Shown here: positions 8,969-19,838 of the stretch, piece by piece
Position numbering within the stretch: the first letter of the stretch is position 1
How the letters are laid out: each line of letters opens with the position of its first letter
Assembly: GCA_041288045.1 (NCBI GenBank)
Contig: JBGGMM010000095.1
Location: 1 to 38,720 of the forward strand
From: Pseudobdellovibrionaceae bacterium
Lineage (GTDB): Bacteria > Bdellovibrionota > Bdellovibrionia > Bdellovibrionales > Bdellovibrionaceae
Reading direction: 5' to 3'
Length of the DNA: 38,720 nt
Notes under the pieces: model-generated
Told to the model about the DNA's origin: nothing
Database searches by the model: none
What the model saw: only the letters and a program-made list of their open reading frames with translations
Program-made: the position numbers and the translations under genes

Positions 8969-9502
8969 ATGCCTGAAAACTGGAAAAAAGTCGGAAAAGT
9001 CAAAGAAGCCCATGGCCTGCGAGGCGATCTGCATATCCTTGTTTTTTCCAAGGATATCAGTTGGGCCAAAGATCTCACAGAGATCACTCTGACTCCCCCT
9101 GAACAAGAAAATCAACCCCAGCTTCTCAAAATCAAAAAATGGAAGCCCTACAAACAGGGCCTCTTGCTGCAATTGGAAAATTATCCGGATCGAACCGCTG
9201 TCGAAAAATTCAAGGGCCATCATTTTTGGATTCCTGAAAATTTGCTCGAATCGACAGAGGGCGACACCATTTTCCTCTCTGAAATTGAAGGTTTTGAAAT
9301 TTTAAATCCAGAAGGCTTTAGGCTTGGAAAAATTGTCGGATTTTCTTCTAACAATGCACAAGACCTGCTGGTGGTCGAAAAATCCAGCGGAGGCCAAGCC
9401 GAGATCCCGTTTGTTGAAGATTTCATTGTCGAACTCAATTTCGATTCTCATCATCTGAAAATGAATTTGCCTGAAGGCATTTGGGATCTGACAGCTCTAT
9501 GA
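8969..9502 (+). CDS. rimM: 16S rRNA processing protein RimM
   Basis: [37 protein letters not shown]; upstream of trmD. Confidence 0.94.
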   Translation: MPENWKKVGKVKEAHGLRGDLHILVFSKDISWAKDLTEITLTPPEQENQPQLLKIKKWKPYKQGLLLQLENYPDRTAVEKFKGHHFWIPENLLESTEGDTIFLSEIEGFEILNPEGFRLGKIVGFSSNNAQDLLVVEKSSGGQAEIPFVEDFIVELNFDSHHLKMNLPEGIWDLTAL

Positions 9503-10326
9503 AATTTCAAGTGATCACTCTTTTTCCGCAAATGATTGAAGCCACGATCTCTGAAGGAGTGATCGGCCAAGCTCGCAACAAATCTCTAGTGCAAATTGAT
9601 TGCATCAATCCCCGTGAATTTGCCATCGATAACCATAAGACCGTCGATGATCGCCCCTTTGGTGGTGGCGATGGAATGGTGATGATGGCGGAGCCTCTGC
9701 AAAAGGCCCTGCGAGAAGCCATCGAGCAAAGCTCGAAAGATCCCTGGATTGTTTATCTGACTCCGCAAGGGGCGCCCTTGGATCAGAAGAAAGTCAAAGA
9801 GCTGGCGCAAAATGAAAATCTGGTTTTGGTCTGTGGACGCTATGGCGGGATCGATCAAAGAGTCCTCAATCAATTCATCGATGAAGAAATCTCGCTGGGG
9901 GATTATGTTCTGTCTGGTGGGGAGCTCGCAGCCAGTGTGGTGATAGATTCTGTTTCTCGTCAGCTCCCGGGGGTCCTGGGTCATCAGGATTCCGCCAACT
10001 CCGATAGTTTTTCAGAAAAACTTCAAGGCCTTCTTGAAGCTCCGAGCTTCACTCGACCGCGGGAATGGATGGGCGAAGCGGCGCCTGAGGTTTTGCTTTC
10101 TGGAAACCACTCCAAAATCGAGAAATGGAAATCCCAGGTTTCTTGGCTTGTTACACTCCTGAAGCGCCCGGATTTGGCTTTGGACAAAAAACTTTCGCGC
10201 AAAGAGTATCTTGAGCTGCAAAAATTTTGGCAGGGGCTTGGACCTTCTGAAAAAGAAGTGTTAGGACTTCTGGCTTTGACCGATGCTGATTTGGAGCTCT
10301 TGAAAAATGACGACCTCAGCCTCTGA
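9499..10326 (+). CDS. trmD: tRNA (guanine37-N1)-methyltransferase
   Basis: [59 protein letters not shown] overlap with rimM. Confidence 0.97.
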   Translation: MKFQVITLFPQMIEATISEGVIGQARNKSLVQIDCINPREFAIDNHKTVDDRPFGGGDGMVMMAEPLQKALREAIEQSSKDPWIVYLTPQGAPLDQKKVKELAQNENLVLVCGRYGGIDQRVLNQFIDEEISLGDYVLSGGELAASVVIDSVSRQLPGVLGHQDSANSDSFSEKLQGLLEAPSFTRPREWMGEAAPEVLLSGNHSKIEKWKSQVSWLVTLLKRPDLALDKKLSRKEYLELQKFWQGLGPSEKEVLGLLALTDADLELLKNDDLSL

Positions 10327-10906
10327 TTCTCAAATTCAAAAAGTGCCCAGGCTGGCTTTGGCGCTTGTGCACCATCCAATCTTAGACCGCGAAAAAAAAG
10401 TCGTCGCCACCAACGTGACCAATTTCGATATCCACGACATCGCCCGAGCGGCCACTGTTTACGGTGTTGAGAGGTACTACATCATTCATCCCATGCAAGA
10501 GCAGTTGATGTTTGTTGATCGGATTTTGGATCATTGGCGGGTGGGGGCAGGCTCTAAATTCAATCCCTTTCGGCGAACGGCTTTGAAAAATGTCTTCACG
10601 GCTCCCAGTCTGGAAGCTGCCAAAAAAGACTGGGGAGTGGATTGTTTCACAGTGGCCACTCATGCCCGACCCGTGCCCGGGACTCGTTTTTTCTCTTGCC
10701 CTGAGCTGCATGCAGAGATCCGAAAGGACGATGCGAAACCCTGTTTTTTGCTGTTTGGGACTGGTTTTGGGATGACAGAAGAGTACATGAAAGCTTGTGA
10801 TGGAGTTTTAGAGAGCATTCGAGGGGCCCCTCCTCATGATTATCGGCATCTGAGTGTGAGGTCGGCGGTGAGTATCTATCTTGACCGCATCATGGGGCCA
10901 TGGTAG
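10307..10906 (+). CDS. SPOUT-class RNA methyltransferase (DUF2168-type, trmD-associated)
   Basis: [45 protein letters not shown]. Confidence 0.85.
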   Translation: MTTSASDSQIQKVPRLALALVHHPILDREKKVVATNVTNFDIHDIARAATVYGVERYYIIHPMQEQLMFVDRILDHWRVGAGSKFNPFRRTALKNVFTAPSLEAAKKDWGVDCFTVATHARPVPGTRFFSCPELHAEIRKDDAKPCFLLFGTGFGMTEEYMKACDGVLESIRGAPPHDYRHLSVRSAVSIYLDRIMGPW

Positions 10907-10943
10907 ACCCTTCGTTCTTGTTCAAAACTCAATGGGATGGAAT

Positions 10944-11411
10944 ATGGCAAAAGCTCCTGCAAAGAAGACAGTAAAGACAAAAACAAAGAAAACAGCTTCT
11001 CAGGGTGCTGTTGAAACCAATCTCGTGCGCCGCGTAACTGCTGCGAAAAAGACAGCTCCAAGAGGCGAATTTCGCGCTGGTGACACTGTCAATGTTTACG
11101 TCAAGGTCAAAGAAGGCGAAAAAGAGCGGGTTCAGGTTTATAAAGGCATCGTGACCAAGCTTCAAGGCTCGGGCTCTTCACGATCATTCACTGTGCGAAA
11201 AATTTCTGCCGGTGTTGGCGTCGAAAGAACTTTCCCCTTTGCCAGCCCAGCGATTGACCGCATCGAAGTTCTGACAGCAGGTCAAGTTCGTCGCGCCAAA
11301 CTTTATTACCTCCGATCACTCGAAGGAAAAGCAGCGAAGATCGAATCTGAATTGATCACTCCGGTCAGTGAAGCGACTCAAAAAGCACAAGCCGCAAAGA
11401 CCGAAGCTTAA
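10944..11411 (+). CDS. rplS: 50S ribosomal protein L19 (N-terminally extended)
   Basis: [47 protein letters not shown]. Confidence 0.96.
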   Translation: MAKAPAKKTVKTKTKKTASQGAVETNLVRRVTAAKKTAPRGEFRAGDTVNVYVKVKEGEKERVQVYKGIVTKLQGSGSSRSFTVRKISAGVGVERTFPFASPAIDRIEVLTAGQVRRAKLYYLRSLEGKAAKIESELITPVSEATQKAQAAKTEA

Positions 11412-11434
11412 TTTTAAAAAATTCAAAATTTTCT

Positions 11435-11473
11435 AAGAACCCTCAGGCCTTTGCTTGGGGGTTTTTTGTTTTT
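11435..11473 (+). terminator. Intrinsic terminator after rplS
   Basis: AAGAACCCTCAGGC-CTTT-GCTTGGGGGTTTTT hairpin with T-tract. Confidence 0.7.
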
Positions 11474-11514
11474 CACTTGCTGAAATGGCCCCCTCTGCGC
11501 TTCAATCACTGACC

Positions 11515-12159
11515 ATGGCAAAATCAAAAGAACTCAAATTAGAACCTGTCGATTGGCGAAGCTTCACACCAGCCCCCGTGGTTGGCGTCGATGAAGTCGG
11601 GCGGGGATGTTTGGCGGGACCGGTGTATGCCGCTGCCGTTTGTCTGAAATCCGATGAGCTGGTGGAGCGCTTCACGGATTCAAAACTTTTGTCCGAGAAG
11701 CGACGTGAAGAGCTCTTTCCGCTGATTTTAGAGCACCATTGGTGCGGCCTGGGATTTGCCACAGTCGAAGAGATCGATCGGATCAATATTTTTCAAGCTT
11801 CTCTTTTGGCAATGAAAAGGGCAGTTGAGAATTTGGAAGAGCAAATGCAAAAGCGAACAGGGCATTTGCTGGTGGATGGCAGTTTCAAAGTGCCTGGCCT
11901 GGATCGCCAGCAAACGACATTGGTGAAAGGCGATCTGCGGTGTGCAGCGATTTCAGCTGCCTCCATTGTTGCCAAGGTGACCCGAGACCGATTGATGAAG
12001 CAGATGTCAGAGGATCACCCTTTTTACGGATTGGAATCTCATAAAGGTTATGCCAGCCCCACTCATAAAAAAGCCATTGAAGCCCATGGACCCAAAGCGG
12101 GGATCCACCGACGGAGCTTCGCTGGGGTTAAGGAACATCTCTCGCGGCTTATTTTGTGA
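11515..12159 (+). CDS. rnhB: Ribonuclease HII
   Basis: [44 protein letters not shown]. Confidence 0.97.
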   Translation: MAKSKELKLEPVDWRSFTPAPVVGVDEVGRGCLAGPVYAAAVCLKSDELVERFTDSKLLSEKRREELFPLILEHHWCGLGFATVEEIDRINIFQASLLAMKRAVENLEEQMQKRTGHLLVDGSFKVPGLDRQQTTLVKGDLRCAAISAASIVAKVTRDRLMKQMSEDHPFYGLESHKGYASPTHKKAIEAHGPKAGIHRRSFAGVKEHLSRLIL

Positions 12160-12457
12160 AGAGGCTGCTCTTCAGTTCTATCTTTTAAAAGGCTATCGGT
12201 GTTTGAAGCGAAGGTGGAAATCGCCTTTTGCCGAGATTGACCTTTTGCTTCGCTCGCCAGAAAAAAATTTGGTTTTGGTCGAAGTCAAAAGTGTCGCCTC
12301 TTTTGAGTATCTGCATCTTCGACTGCGAGGACCTCAAAAAAGGCGACTGGAAAGAGCCCTTTGTCATTGCCTCGAAAAAGATCCCACGGCCCGGCTCGAA
12401 CTTGCCGTCGTGAGTCAGTCGGGGGAAGTCCTGATTTTCGATGACATCTTTAGTTGA
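12086..12457 (+). CDS. yraN: YraN (UPF0102) PD-(D/E)XK nuclease-like protein; start uncertain
   Basis: [28 protein letters not shown]; follows rnhB; N-terminus overlaps the rnhB 3' end. Confidence 0.8.
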   Translation: MDPKRGSTDGASLGLRNISRGLFCEEAALQFYLLKGYRCLKRRWKSPFAEIDLLLRSPEKNLVLVEVKSVASFEYLHLRLRGPQKRRLERALCHCLEKDPTARLELAVVSQSGEVLIFDDIFS

Positions 12458-12485
12458 CCCCATTCTCGATGCCCATTGAAATAGA

Positions 12486-12863
12486 ATGATGGTGGGAAAC
12501 AGAATCTCTCTTGTTGTTGTTTTTCTTTTGGCTTTTCAAATTTCAAATCGGGCTTTGGCCGATAACATGACGATTTTTTTAAAGAGCTGTGCTTATGGAA
12601 CAGCGGCGGGTGCGGCCTTGGGATTGGCCTCTTTGGCCTGGAGTGAAAATCCCAGTGGTCGAATCAACAATGTGGCCCGCGGTGCTTCGCTCGGGCTTTA
12701 TGCCGGGATTGGTTTTGGTCTCTATACGGTTTACGGGCAGTCACAAAAAGCATCCAATGATTACACTCAATTGCCGACACAAATGTGGCTCACGCCAGTG
12801 ATTTCAGCACAAAATTCGCGGATTGAAGGAGCTCAGCTGAACTGGGCTCGAATCTCTTTTTAA
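12486..12863 (+). CDS. Exported/membrane hypothetical protein with glycine-zipper-like helices
   Basis: Signal peptide ending RALA; YGTAAGAALGLASLA and GASLGLYAGIGFG; C-terminal Phe. Confidence 0.75.
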   Translation: MMVGNRISLVVVFLLAFQISNRALADNMTIFLKSCAYGTAAGAALGLASLAWSENPSGRINNVARGASLGLYAGIGFGLYTVYGQSQKASNDYTQLPTQMWLTPVISAQNSRIEGAQLNWARISF

Positions 12864-15283
12864 AATCCAAAAGCGGTGAGAATCGATTCGTCCAGTTGAG
12901 GACGAGCCGATCCATCCCAGGCAAAATTCACACCCAGTTCAATTTCCGGTTTTTTATCGACCGGCTTAAAGTGTGTGAGCCCAATATAGAGACAGTCCCC
13001 AGGCAAGCGAATCTGTGCGCCGTAGCCCCAAGCTAATAAAGCATTCTGTGGACGAATCCCGTAATTGAGTTTGCCAATGAAGTCAAAAAAGCTCACCCCT
13101 TTCCGAGCGCTGATAACATAGCCCTCCGTTCGGCCAACGATATCAGCTTCGCCTTCACTGCCTGGAGGATAAGTCACGTCGTACTTAACTTGAAAAAAGT
13201 CATTTTTGGAATTCAGAATACGCACGCGGCTCGATGTGTCTGTTACCTTTTGATAAGGTTTATACTTGGCATTTTGGTAAATCTGCAAATAGCGCAAATT
13301 GATATTTAAATCTGAGACCAATTCTGAAAGTGGGCGAGCATTTGGATTTCTTTCTGCCTGGTAAACGTCATAGGACTGCGAAATGCGCCAAAAAAGAAAC
13401 TGCAAATAAACGGGTGAGCCATATTCCCAAAACTTTTGCGTGAGTTTATTGGTCAACCCGAAAGTGATGACTTTTCGATTGTCGAGGCGATCAAAATAAT
13501 CAAACTGCAATCCTGCAGGTCCATTGATGACAGCGTCATTGAGTGCCGGGTTGGATTCATAGGGTACATTTTCTTGATTGTCTTCGCCAAAGAATTCGTG
13601 TTGTGGATGATAGATCCAAGGGATTGTTGTGGCTGTGACCTCGGGTTGGATTTCATGTTTGATTCTTTCACTTTGCAGAGATGAAAAGTCGCCGTAGATC
13701 CGGCTTAAAGTGGTTCGTGCGGAAAGATCGGCGCGGAAGTAGCGACGAGTGTTATGGGTGTCCATTCCTTTAGGCAAGACGTCAGGAAAAACATAATGGG
13801 TTTCTCGATAAGTCAATCGCGGGAAAACTTCAAGATTTTGAAATTTCATGGGTCGAATGATGCTGGGTCGAAATTCAAAACGCTGTCCCGTTCGGATCAG
13901 ATCTGTGCCGGAATTAAATTTTCCATCATAGACAGGCTTGCAATCCGGATCCTTTTCCCAGGCAAAAGGATCTTGGGGGTTATTGCATTTAGCTGAATTG
14001 GTGTGGTCGACCTGTCTTTTGGTGTCACCGGTTGGATCGTAGGGGGAATCCATATTGTCAAAGGCACCTCCAGCGCGAGCGAAATTGACATACTGAAAAT
14101 CAAATGAGCCCAAAAATTCTGAATTGCCAATTTTTCTCTGCGTTTGCGAAAAGCGCAGTTCTGGCAGTCGGTGCACAGCAAATTCGTTTCCCCCCAGTGG
14201 ATTGGATTGCATGAGACTGGTGTAAAGTGAGGAGTCCAAGCCCCAGTGATAATAGTCGCTGTTTTTGGTCACGGAGAGGCGACTCTCCATGGCGGGATCT
14301 CCGTTATTAAGAGTTTCTAGCGGAAAATCCGCAGGGTATTGAAGATCGCTGGCTGTATTGAGCTGAACTCTTTGAGTGAAGCCATCTGGCATATCATAGT
14401 AATGATTGTATCTTAGGAAGTAACGCTGGATCGAATCGCCACGTGCATCGGGAGGGCGGAAAGTGTTCAGTCTTTGATCATCCGAAAAGACGCGATCCTT
14501 GAGAATGCCGAAATCCATTTCGCCCTCGCTGGATTCGGTCAGGGCATAGCGATAATTCAAAAGGCCTTTGGGTCCGCGAAATTCGTAATTTGTGAAATTC
14601 CAGGTCGAATCTTGGCTTCTGGACATGGCCCAAAAATAGCTTTGCGAATAGGTTAAGCCCCCCAGACCTCTCTGTCCGATAGTGGGAGTGAGCAGTCCCG
14701 ATTGGCGATCGGTCTTCAGTGGAACAGCTAGATAGGGGAGCCAGAAAACGGGGACTCCAGCAAATTTCATTGTCGAATTTTTAATGTAGGCGTAGCCGCC
14801 GATTTCGGCTCTGATTTTTGTGCCTGAAAAACTCCAAGCTTCAGGACATGTGGTGCAGGTGGTGTATCTGGCATCATCGGCCACATAGTCGACTTCGCTC
14901 AATTTGTGAATCTGACTGCCTTCGAAAAGAACATTTCCAGATTGCACATATCCATTGAGAATCACGCCGGTGTTGGTTTCGTAGTCCATGATGATTCTTT
15001 GACCTGCCAGATTGGCTTTCGGACTGGTGATCAAAACATTCCCTGTGGCGTCCAGGGATTTTGCCCGCAGATTGATACGGGCTTTTTCGCAAGTCATGTG
15101 TTGGTCTTGATAGATCACTTGCACGTTGCCGACCAGATCCACCGTTTCGTTTTCAGTGTCCCGATCCATCGAGTCGGCTTGAATGGTGATCCCCTGAATC
15201 ACAGCCGAGAGTTCGCCCGAGCGCTGAGCCCATGCTGTAGCAGTGAGTAAGAGTGAGAGAAGCAGCACAAGCAGCCGAATCAA
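12860..15283 (-). CDS. lptD: LPS-assembly outer membrane protein LptD
   Basis: Signal peptide, OstA-like N-domain (ITIQADSM, GNVQV), YTTCTTCP..W, GVPVFWLPY...RQSGLL.P, RLPE, C-terminal DC; TTG start with SD AAGGA. Confidence 0.93.
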   Translation of the reverse strand: MIRLLVLLLSLLLTATAWAQRSGELSAVIQGITIQADSMDRDTENETVDLVGNVQVIYQDQHMTCEKARINLRAKSLDATGNVLITSPKANLAGQRIIMDYETNTGVILNGYVQSGNVLFEGSQIHKLSEVDYVADDARYTTCTTCPEAWSFSGTKIRAEIGGYAYIKNSTMKFAGVPVFWLPYLAVPLKTDRQSGLLTPTIGQRGLGGLTYSQSYFWAMSRSQDSTWNFTNYEFRGPKGLLNYRYALTESSEGEMDFGILKDRVFSDDQRLNTFRPPDARGDSIQRYFLRYNHYYDMPDGFTQRVQLNTASDLQYPADFPLETLNNGDPAMESRLSVTKNSDYYHWGLDSSLYTSLMQSNPLGGNEFAVHRLPELRFSQTQRKIGNSEFLGSFDFQYVNFARAGGAFDNMDSPYDPTGDTKRQVDHTNSAKCNNPQDPFAWEKDPDCKPVYDGKFNSGTDLIRTGQRFEFRPSIIRPMKFQNLEVFPRLTYRETHYVFPDVLPKGMDTHNTRRYFRADLSARTTLSRIYGDFSSLQSERIKHEIQPEVTATTIPWIYHPQHEFFGEDNQENVPYESNPALNDAVINGPAGLQFDYFDRLDNRKVITFGLTNKLTQKFWEYGSPVYLQFLFWRISQSYDVYQAERNPNARPLSELVSDLNINLRYLQIYQNAKYKPYQKVTDTSSRVRILNSKNDFFQVKYDVTYPPGSEGEADIVGRTEGYVISARKGVSFFDFIGKLNYGIRPQNALLAWGYGAQIRLPGDCLYIGLTHFKPVDKKPEIELGVNFAWDGSARPQLDESILTAFGF

Positions 15284-15307
15284 AAGTCGCTATCCTTCAA
15301 GTTGAAC

Positions 15308-18103
15308 TTATTTTGTTTTCATCACAAAGACCCCGTCCCAATTTTCGGGAGGAGGTGCGGCCAGATACTCTTGGCAGCGCTCCACATAAAGTTCTGACGG
15401 AGGATCTCCCGCTTTCATTTCTAAAGCTTTGTTGAAGCATTCCAAAGCTTCGCTGAATTTCTTCAGATGATAAAGCTCAAATCCACTTGAGAAATGCTGC
15501 AGAAGACCGCTCGTGGGTCCATCGGCCTTTCCTTCGCAAATCAGCTCAAAAATGCGCACGGGTTCATTTTTTCCTTTGACTCGGACCCAATCAACTTCGC
15601 GGCATGTAAATGAGTCTTTGACGTCCTCGAAGGTGAATTGAGAAATGATGATTCTGGTTCCGTACTCTTTATTGATTCCTTCCAATCGAGAGCCTAAATT
15701 CACAGCATCTCCCATGACTGTGTAGTTACGCACAATATCGGAGCCCATGTTACCCACGCTCATTTCTGCCGTGTTAATGCCAATTCCGATATCAATTTCA
15801 GGGAGACCTTGCTCTTTGAATTCTTTTTGCAGTTCTCTGAGCTTTTCCAAGCTTTGCAAAGCGCAGCGACAAGCGTATTTGGCGTGATCCGGAAAGACAA
15901 TCGGCGCGCCAAAGAAGGCCATCACCGCATCCCCCATGTATTTATCTAAGGTTCCTTTGTTGGCAAAGACAATCTGAGTCATGGGCGTCAGGTATTTATT
16001 GAGAACGTCGGAAAGAACCCGTGGATCTAATTTTTCAGAAATGGTGGTAAAGCCTCGCACGTCTGAAAAGAACACGCTCATTCTTTGTTTTTTTCCGCCG
16101 AGCTCGATGTTTTCCGGATCTTTTAAAATTTCATCGACAATGGCAGGCGAAACGTATTTTGAGAATGTGCTTCGCAAGTGCTTCTTTTTTCTTTCTTCCG
16201 TGAGGTATTTATAAAAGAAAAGAGAAATATAAAGAAACAGCACCAGACCACCAGGCAAAGTCATCGTGATCATAAAGCCGTTTTTCAAAAAGAGCTGATC
16301 CAGGACCACAATGGCGACAACCGATCCGAAAGTGACCAAAAAACCCGGGATCGCAGTTAATTGAGAAATCGCAATTGAGAGAAGAACACCGAAGGCAAAA
16401 AGAGCCCAGAGCATGATTTTCTGCTCTTGCGGGTGATCTTTCAAAAAATCCCGATCAAACAGATTGCCCAGAGTTGAAACGTGGGTTTCTGGACCTGGAT
16501 AGTTTTTTTCAAATGGAGTGACCCGTAAATCGTAAACGCCAATTGCCGTCGCTCCAATGATGAAGGCTCGATCTTTGATAAAATCGGCTTTCTTCACTTC
16601 GTATTGAACTTCATCCCAGTCTTTGGTTTCCGGGTTGTATTCGGCTTGCGAGATCGTCGCTGTGTCTTTGCCATTAAAAAGCTCTTTGGCAGGCAGATAA
16701 GGATACATGTTTTTTCCGCCCGCATAATTGATATTCATTCGGGCCTGAGCATCGACAGGCACGCGGCCGATCAATTCTTCAGGATCCTTGTTCGGGTCCA
16801 CAATTTCAAATTTTGAAATGTGCTTTTGCTCTGGGTGATCGGGGTCAATGTTGATTTCCACATTGGCCCGGTAGCCCGTGGCCACCAGATAGGTTTGCAA
16901 GGCGATCGAGGGGATAAAGCTCGTGCCCATGCGATTGCCAGTTCGGAAAAAAAGTGAAGCTTTGCGAATGGTCCCATCCGCATCTTGTTCGGCATTGAAG
17001 CTTCCGGTGTAATCAACTCCATTTTGAATTTGGTCCGTGTTGATTGTCCAGCGTTGGTGTTGCTGAATGGGAATGGGTTTGACCATGCTTTTGAATTTTT
17101 CGATGGCCTGATCAATCGGCAGGTCTTGAAGGTCCTTGGATTTTTTAAAAACTTCGGCATAGGAAGGTTTCAGATCTTCAATGGCCGGATCGCGGTCGGT
17201 GAGCCAAGTTTCACAGTAACGCATGGATGCCGTCTGCTGAAGATAGCGAAGCTGTCTTTGTTCTTGTTCCGTCAGCTCTGAAATTTCTTTTTTCTTAAAG
17301 ACTTCCTTGAGGGTGATATTGGCCTCAGCGTTTTCAATCTCTGGAAAAAGGCTTTCAAAAACTTTGTCAAATTCAAGGTCGACAAAGGGGTCGGCTTCGT
17401 CATTGACAATGAATGTGGTGTTGAGTTTCACAAATTTATCGGCATTGGCTCTTTTAAAGGCCTCATTGCGGCAATAATCCTGGTAAGGCCGAAGCCGACT
17501 GTCTTCGGATTCTTCGTTAAAAGCCCCAAGCACCATTCGCTCTTTGTGTTTTTCTAAGGCCTTGGCCAATAGATCGTCTGGCTGACCTCTGGCTCTTTCC
17601 GCTTCGATGGCCGCTTTCACGGTTCCTGGCAAAACTCCGACGGAGCGAGTTTCAATTCTTTTCAGAACTTCGAAAGTGGGATCGAGCTGGGCTTCAGAAA
17701 AGACAATATCAAAGCCGATGGCTTTGGCCTGATATTTCATCATTTCATCAATGATGAAAGCGATTTTCTCGCGGCTCCAGGGCCAGCGTCCGATTTCTTC
17801 AATGGAGCGGTCATCAATAGTGAGAAGCGCCACTGGGGTGTTTGGCTTTTTCTCACCGCGGATTTGAAATCGAAAATCCTGATTTTTCAAATTCACCCAT
17901 TCGATCGCTTCAAAAAGATGCTTTCGGATCGGTGGAAGAAGCGCTCGCGTGCTTTCTTGCTGGCCCCGAACGATGTAAAAATTGGCGGCAATCAAAGTGA
18001 AAATAACAGTGACAAAAATGCCAACCATGATCGGGGAAGTGAAAATGTCGATGATTTTCTGAAGGCTCTTTCCTGAGCTTTTCTTTTTGGGCTTGTCGCT
18101 CAC
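15308..18103 (-). CDS. CHASE2-domain class III adenylate cyclase with C-terminal TPR-like tail
   Basis: IDDRSIEEIGRWPWSR, DIVFSE, DADGTIR, D..VTP..YPGPETH, 3 TM helices, FSKYVSP, FFSDVRGFT, DKYMGDAVM, YTVMGDAVNLGSRLE, VKGK; GTG start at 18103 with SD AAAGGA. Confidence 0.93.
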   Translation of the reverse strand: MSDKPKKKSSGKSLQKIIDIFTSPIMVGIFVTVIFTLIAANFYIVRGQQESTRALLPPIRKHLFEAIEWVNLKNQDFRFQIRGEKKPNTPVALLTIDDRSIEEIGRWPWSREKIAFIIDEMMKYQAKAIGFDIVFSEAQLDPTFEVLKRIETRSVGVLPGTVKAAIEAERARGQPDDLLAKALEKHKERMVLGAFNEESEDSRLRPYQDYCRNEAFKRANADKFVKLNTTFIVNDEADPFVDLEFDKVFESLFPEIENAEANITLKEVFKKKEISELTEQEQRQLRYLQQTASMRYCETWLTDRDPAIEDLKPSYAEVFKKSKDLQDLPIDQAIEKFKSMVKPIPIQQHQRWTINTDQIQNGVDYTGSFNAEQDADGTIRKASLFFRTGNRMGTSFIPSIALQTYLVATGYRANVEINIDPDHPEQKHISKFEIVDPNKDPEELIGRVPVDAQARMNINYAGGKNMYPYLPAKELFNGKDTATISQAEYNPETKDWDEVQYEVKKADFIKDRAFIIGATAIGVYDLRVTPFEKNYPGPETHVSTLGNLFDRDFLKDHPQEQKIMLWALFAFGVLLSIAISQLTAIPGFLVTFGSVVAIVVLDQLFLKNGFMITMTLPGGLVLFLYISLFFYKYLTEERKKKHLRSTFSKYVSPAIVDEILKDPENIELGGKKQRMSVFFSDVRGFTTISEKLDPRVLSDVLNKYLTPMTQIVFANKGTLDKYMGDAVMAFFGAPIVFPDHAKYACRCALQSLEKLRELQKEFKEQGLPEIDIGIGINTAEMSVGNMGSDIVRNYTVMGDAVNLGSRLEGINKEYGTRIIISQFTFEDVKDSFTCREVDWVRVKGKNEPVRIFELICEGKADGPTSGLLQHFSSGFELYHLKKFSEALECFNKALEMKAGDPPSELYVERCQEYLAAPPPENWDGVFVMKTK

Positions 18104-18187
18104 AAAATCAATCCTTTGTTTTGGACTTTCGCAAATTTTAGACTGATCCCGGCCCGACGTCAGGTCTTTTTTCAAGGTGAGATCTGG

Positions 18188-18228
18188 TCTTCGGTCGATC
18201 TCGAGACTCTCTCATTCTGAGCCGAGAA
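18188..18228. promoter_or_regulatory. Overlapping divergent sigma28 (FliA)-like promoters for the cyclase (-) and STAS (+)
   Basis: Plus: CGAG(18202-05), 15 nt, GCCGAGAA(18221-28). Minus: TGAG(18214-11), 15 nt, ACCGAAGA(18195-88). Confidence 0.45.
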
Positions 18229-18251
18229 GTGAGGTATGAGGAGGGCTCTGT

Positions 18252-18593
18252 ATGGAAACACGGCTCAAAAATCAGGGTGAAGTGACAATCATCACCATTC
18301 AAGGATCTCTCGACATCGAAGCGACTCAGCCCTTCCGAGAAGCCTGCTTGCGGCATTTGCTAGGTAAGAAAGTGATTTTCAATATGGAAAAAGCGGCTTT
18401 TGTCGGATCGACAGGGCTGACTGCCTTCCTAGAGGCCATTCGCACTCTCAGTGAAGAGAATCAATACGGCCTTAAAGTGGTTGGGGTCCAGGCAGAATTC
18501 AAACGGATTTTCCAAAACCTCGAGATTCAAAAGCTTCAAATTCATGAAACTGAAGCTGTGGCACTCTCTAGTTTTGTTTTCGAACCTCATTGA
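18252..18593 (+). CDS. STAS-domain protein (anti-sigma factor antagonist-like)
   Basis: 113 aa; IQGSLD, VIFNMEKAAFVGSTGL, KRIFQ; SD GAGGAGG. Confidence 0.88.
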   Translation: METRLKNQGEVTIITIQGSLDIEATQPFREACLRHLLGKKVIFNMEKAAFVGSTGLTAFLEAIRTLSEENQYGLKVVGVQAEFKRIFQNLEIQKLQIHETEAVALSSFVFEPH

Positions 18594-19674
18594 GCTTTGA
18601 GCTCAACTCAAGGTTGAGCTTTTCAAGTGAAGCTATTGAAATCTTAAGCTTTTCATTCTCTTCTGATTTTGCAGTCCACATGTAGCGAAGGCTGGTCATT
18701 TGCTCTTCAAGCTCTTCACGTCGAGCCATAGCTGAGACAAGTTCTTTTTTCAGCTGATCTTTCTCTTGTGAGAGATCTTCCTGTGAAAGTTGATTCTCAG
18801 TCAGCTTTTGTTTCAGCTCACGATTTTGGTTTCGCAAATCATCCATTTCAGATTGAATTTCGTTATGGAAATCCTCTTTGTTGCGACGAAGAGAGATGAC
18901 CAGGTTTTCCAGTTCATCCTGTCTTTCCAAAGCTCGGTCCAGATTCTGAGTCTTCAGCTCCAGGGCTTGAGTGAACTCTTGCAAAGAAGAGATCTCGTTT
19001 TGCAAAAGAGCTTTTTCTCTTTCAAAGCCATTGACCAGGTCGTTCTGGCTCATTTGATAGAAATGAATTTGCTGATCTCGTTCTTCTTTCACAGCTTGCA
19101 GGCGGTGAGTGAGACTTGAAATCTCTGAATCCTTGGTATTCAGATCCTTATTCAAGAATTGAATCTGCTCGTGCAGAGAATGCGCATAGTCCTTGAGTTG
19201 CTGCAAGTAAGGCTTGATCGTTGTTTTCACTTTGTCTTGATAGCGCTTCAAGCGGTCAATGGTGGCTTCCATTTTTTCGAGCTCTGGAAAGCGCTCTTGA
19301 AAGGTTTTGATTTGATTTTCCAAGTTGTTGTGGCGATCTTTCCAGACTTTCTCTTTTTCTTTCCACACCAGCATCTGATCCGAAATTGAAGCATAGGATC
19401 TCTTCATTTCGCTCATTTCATCATGCAGGGTTTTATTTTCATCTTCCAAAGAAGTCATGCGGCGAAAAGTGACCTTGAGTCTCGCCATGAGATCTTCATT
19501 TTGTGAAATGAGAGATTCAACCGTATTGGATTTTCGAATGTCCCTTGGAATTTCAGTGAAATCGAGAACTTGATGCTGTGGATTTCGCATAGTTCTTGAG
19601 GTCAGGGGACGTTCTTCGATTTCGGTAAAATTCAATTCAGTGAGGTTGAGATTCTGGAAAGATCCTTTTTCCAT
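18568..19674 (-). CDS. Long coiled-coil hypothetical protein
   Basis: E/K/Q/L-rich heptad sequence with almost no Pro/Gly after residue ~50; ATG 19674 with SD GAAGGAG. Confidence 0.85.
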   Translation of the reverse strand: MEKGSFQNLNLTELNFTEIEERPLTSRTMRNPQHQVLDFTEIPRDIRKSNTVESLISQNEDLMARLKVTFRRMTSLEDENKTLHDEMSEMKRSYASISDQMLVWKEKEKVWKDRHNNLENQIKTFQERFPELEKMEATIDRLKRYQDKVKTTIKPYLQQLKDYAHSLHEQIQFLNKDLNTKDSEISSLTHRLQAVKEERDQQIHFYQMSQNDLVNGFEREKALLQNEISSLQEFTQALELKTQNLDRALERQDELENLVISLRRNKEDFHNEIQSEMDDLRNQNRELKQKLTENQLSQEDLSQEKDQLKKELVSAMARREELEEQMTSLRYMWTAKSEENEKLKISIASLEKLNLELSSKLNEVRKQN

Positions 19675-19752
19675 CAATGCTCCTTCAGACAACAAATGAG
19701 ACCATCTTGATCTCTCATTTTATTGTCTCAATTTGGTGCGACCAAAGTCAAA

Positions 19753-19779
19753 ATGTCGGCAGGGAAATTGTAAAAATGA
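19753..19779 (-). promoter_or_regulatory. sigma28-like promoter for the coiled-coil gene
   Basis: TCAT(19779-76), 15 nt, GCCGACAT(19760-53). Confidence 0.45.
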
Positions 19780-19804
19780 GCAAAGACTGGACTATCAGCG
19801 AGCT

Positions 19805-19831
19805 TAACCAAAGACCGGGAAAAGCCGATAA
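19805..19831 (+). promoter_or_regulatory. sigma28 (FliA) promoter, leaderless geometry
   Basis: TAAC(19805-08), 15 nt, consensus GCCGATAA(19824-31), 7 nt, ATG 19839. Confidence 0.65.
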
Positions 19832-19838
19832 TAAAGTC

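Noticed and set aside
12558..12565. Perfect GCCGATAA sigma28 -10 box
   Set aside because: Lies inside a CDS at the predicted signal-peptide cleavage site (A-D-N), with no convincing -35 at 15 nt; probably coincidental.
18568..19674. SMC/MukB/EnvC assignment for the coiled-coil proteins
   Set aside because: No Walker motifs, hinge, signal peptide or M23 domain.
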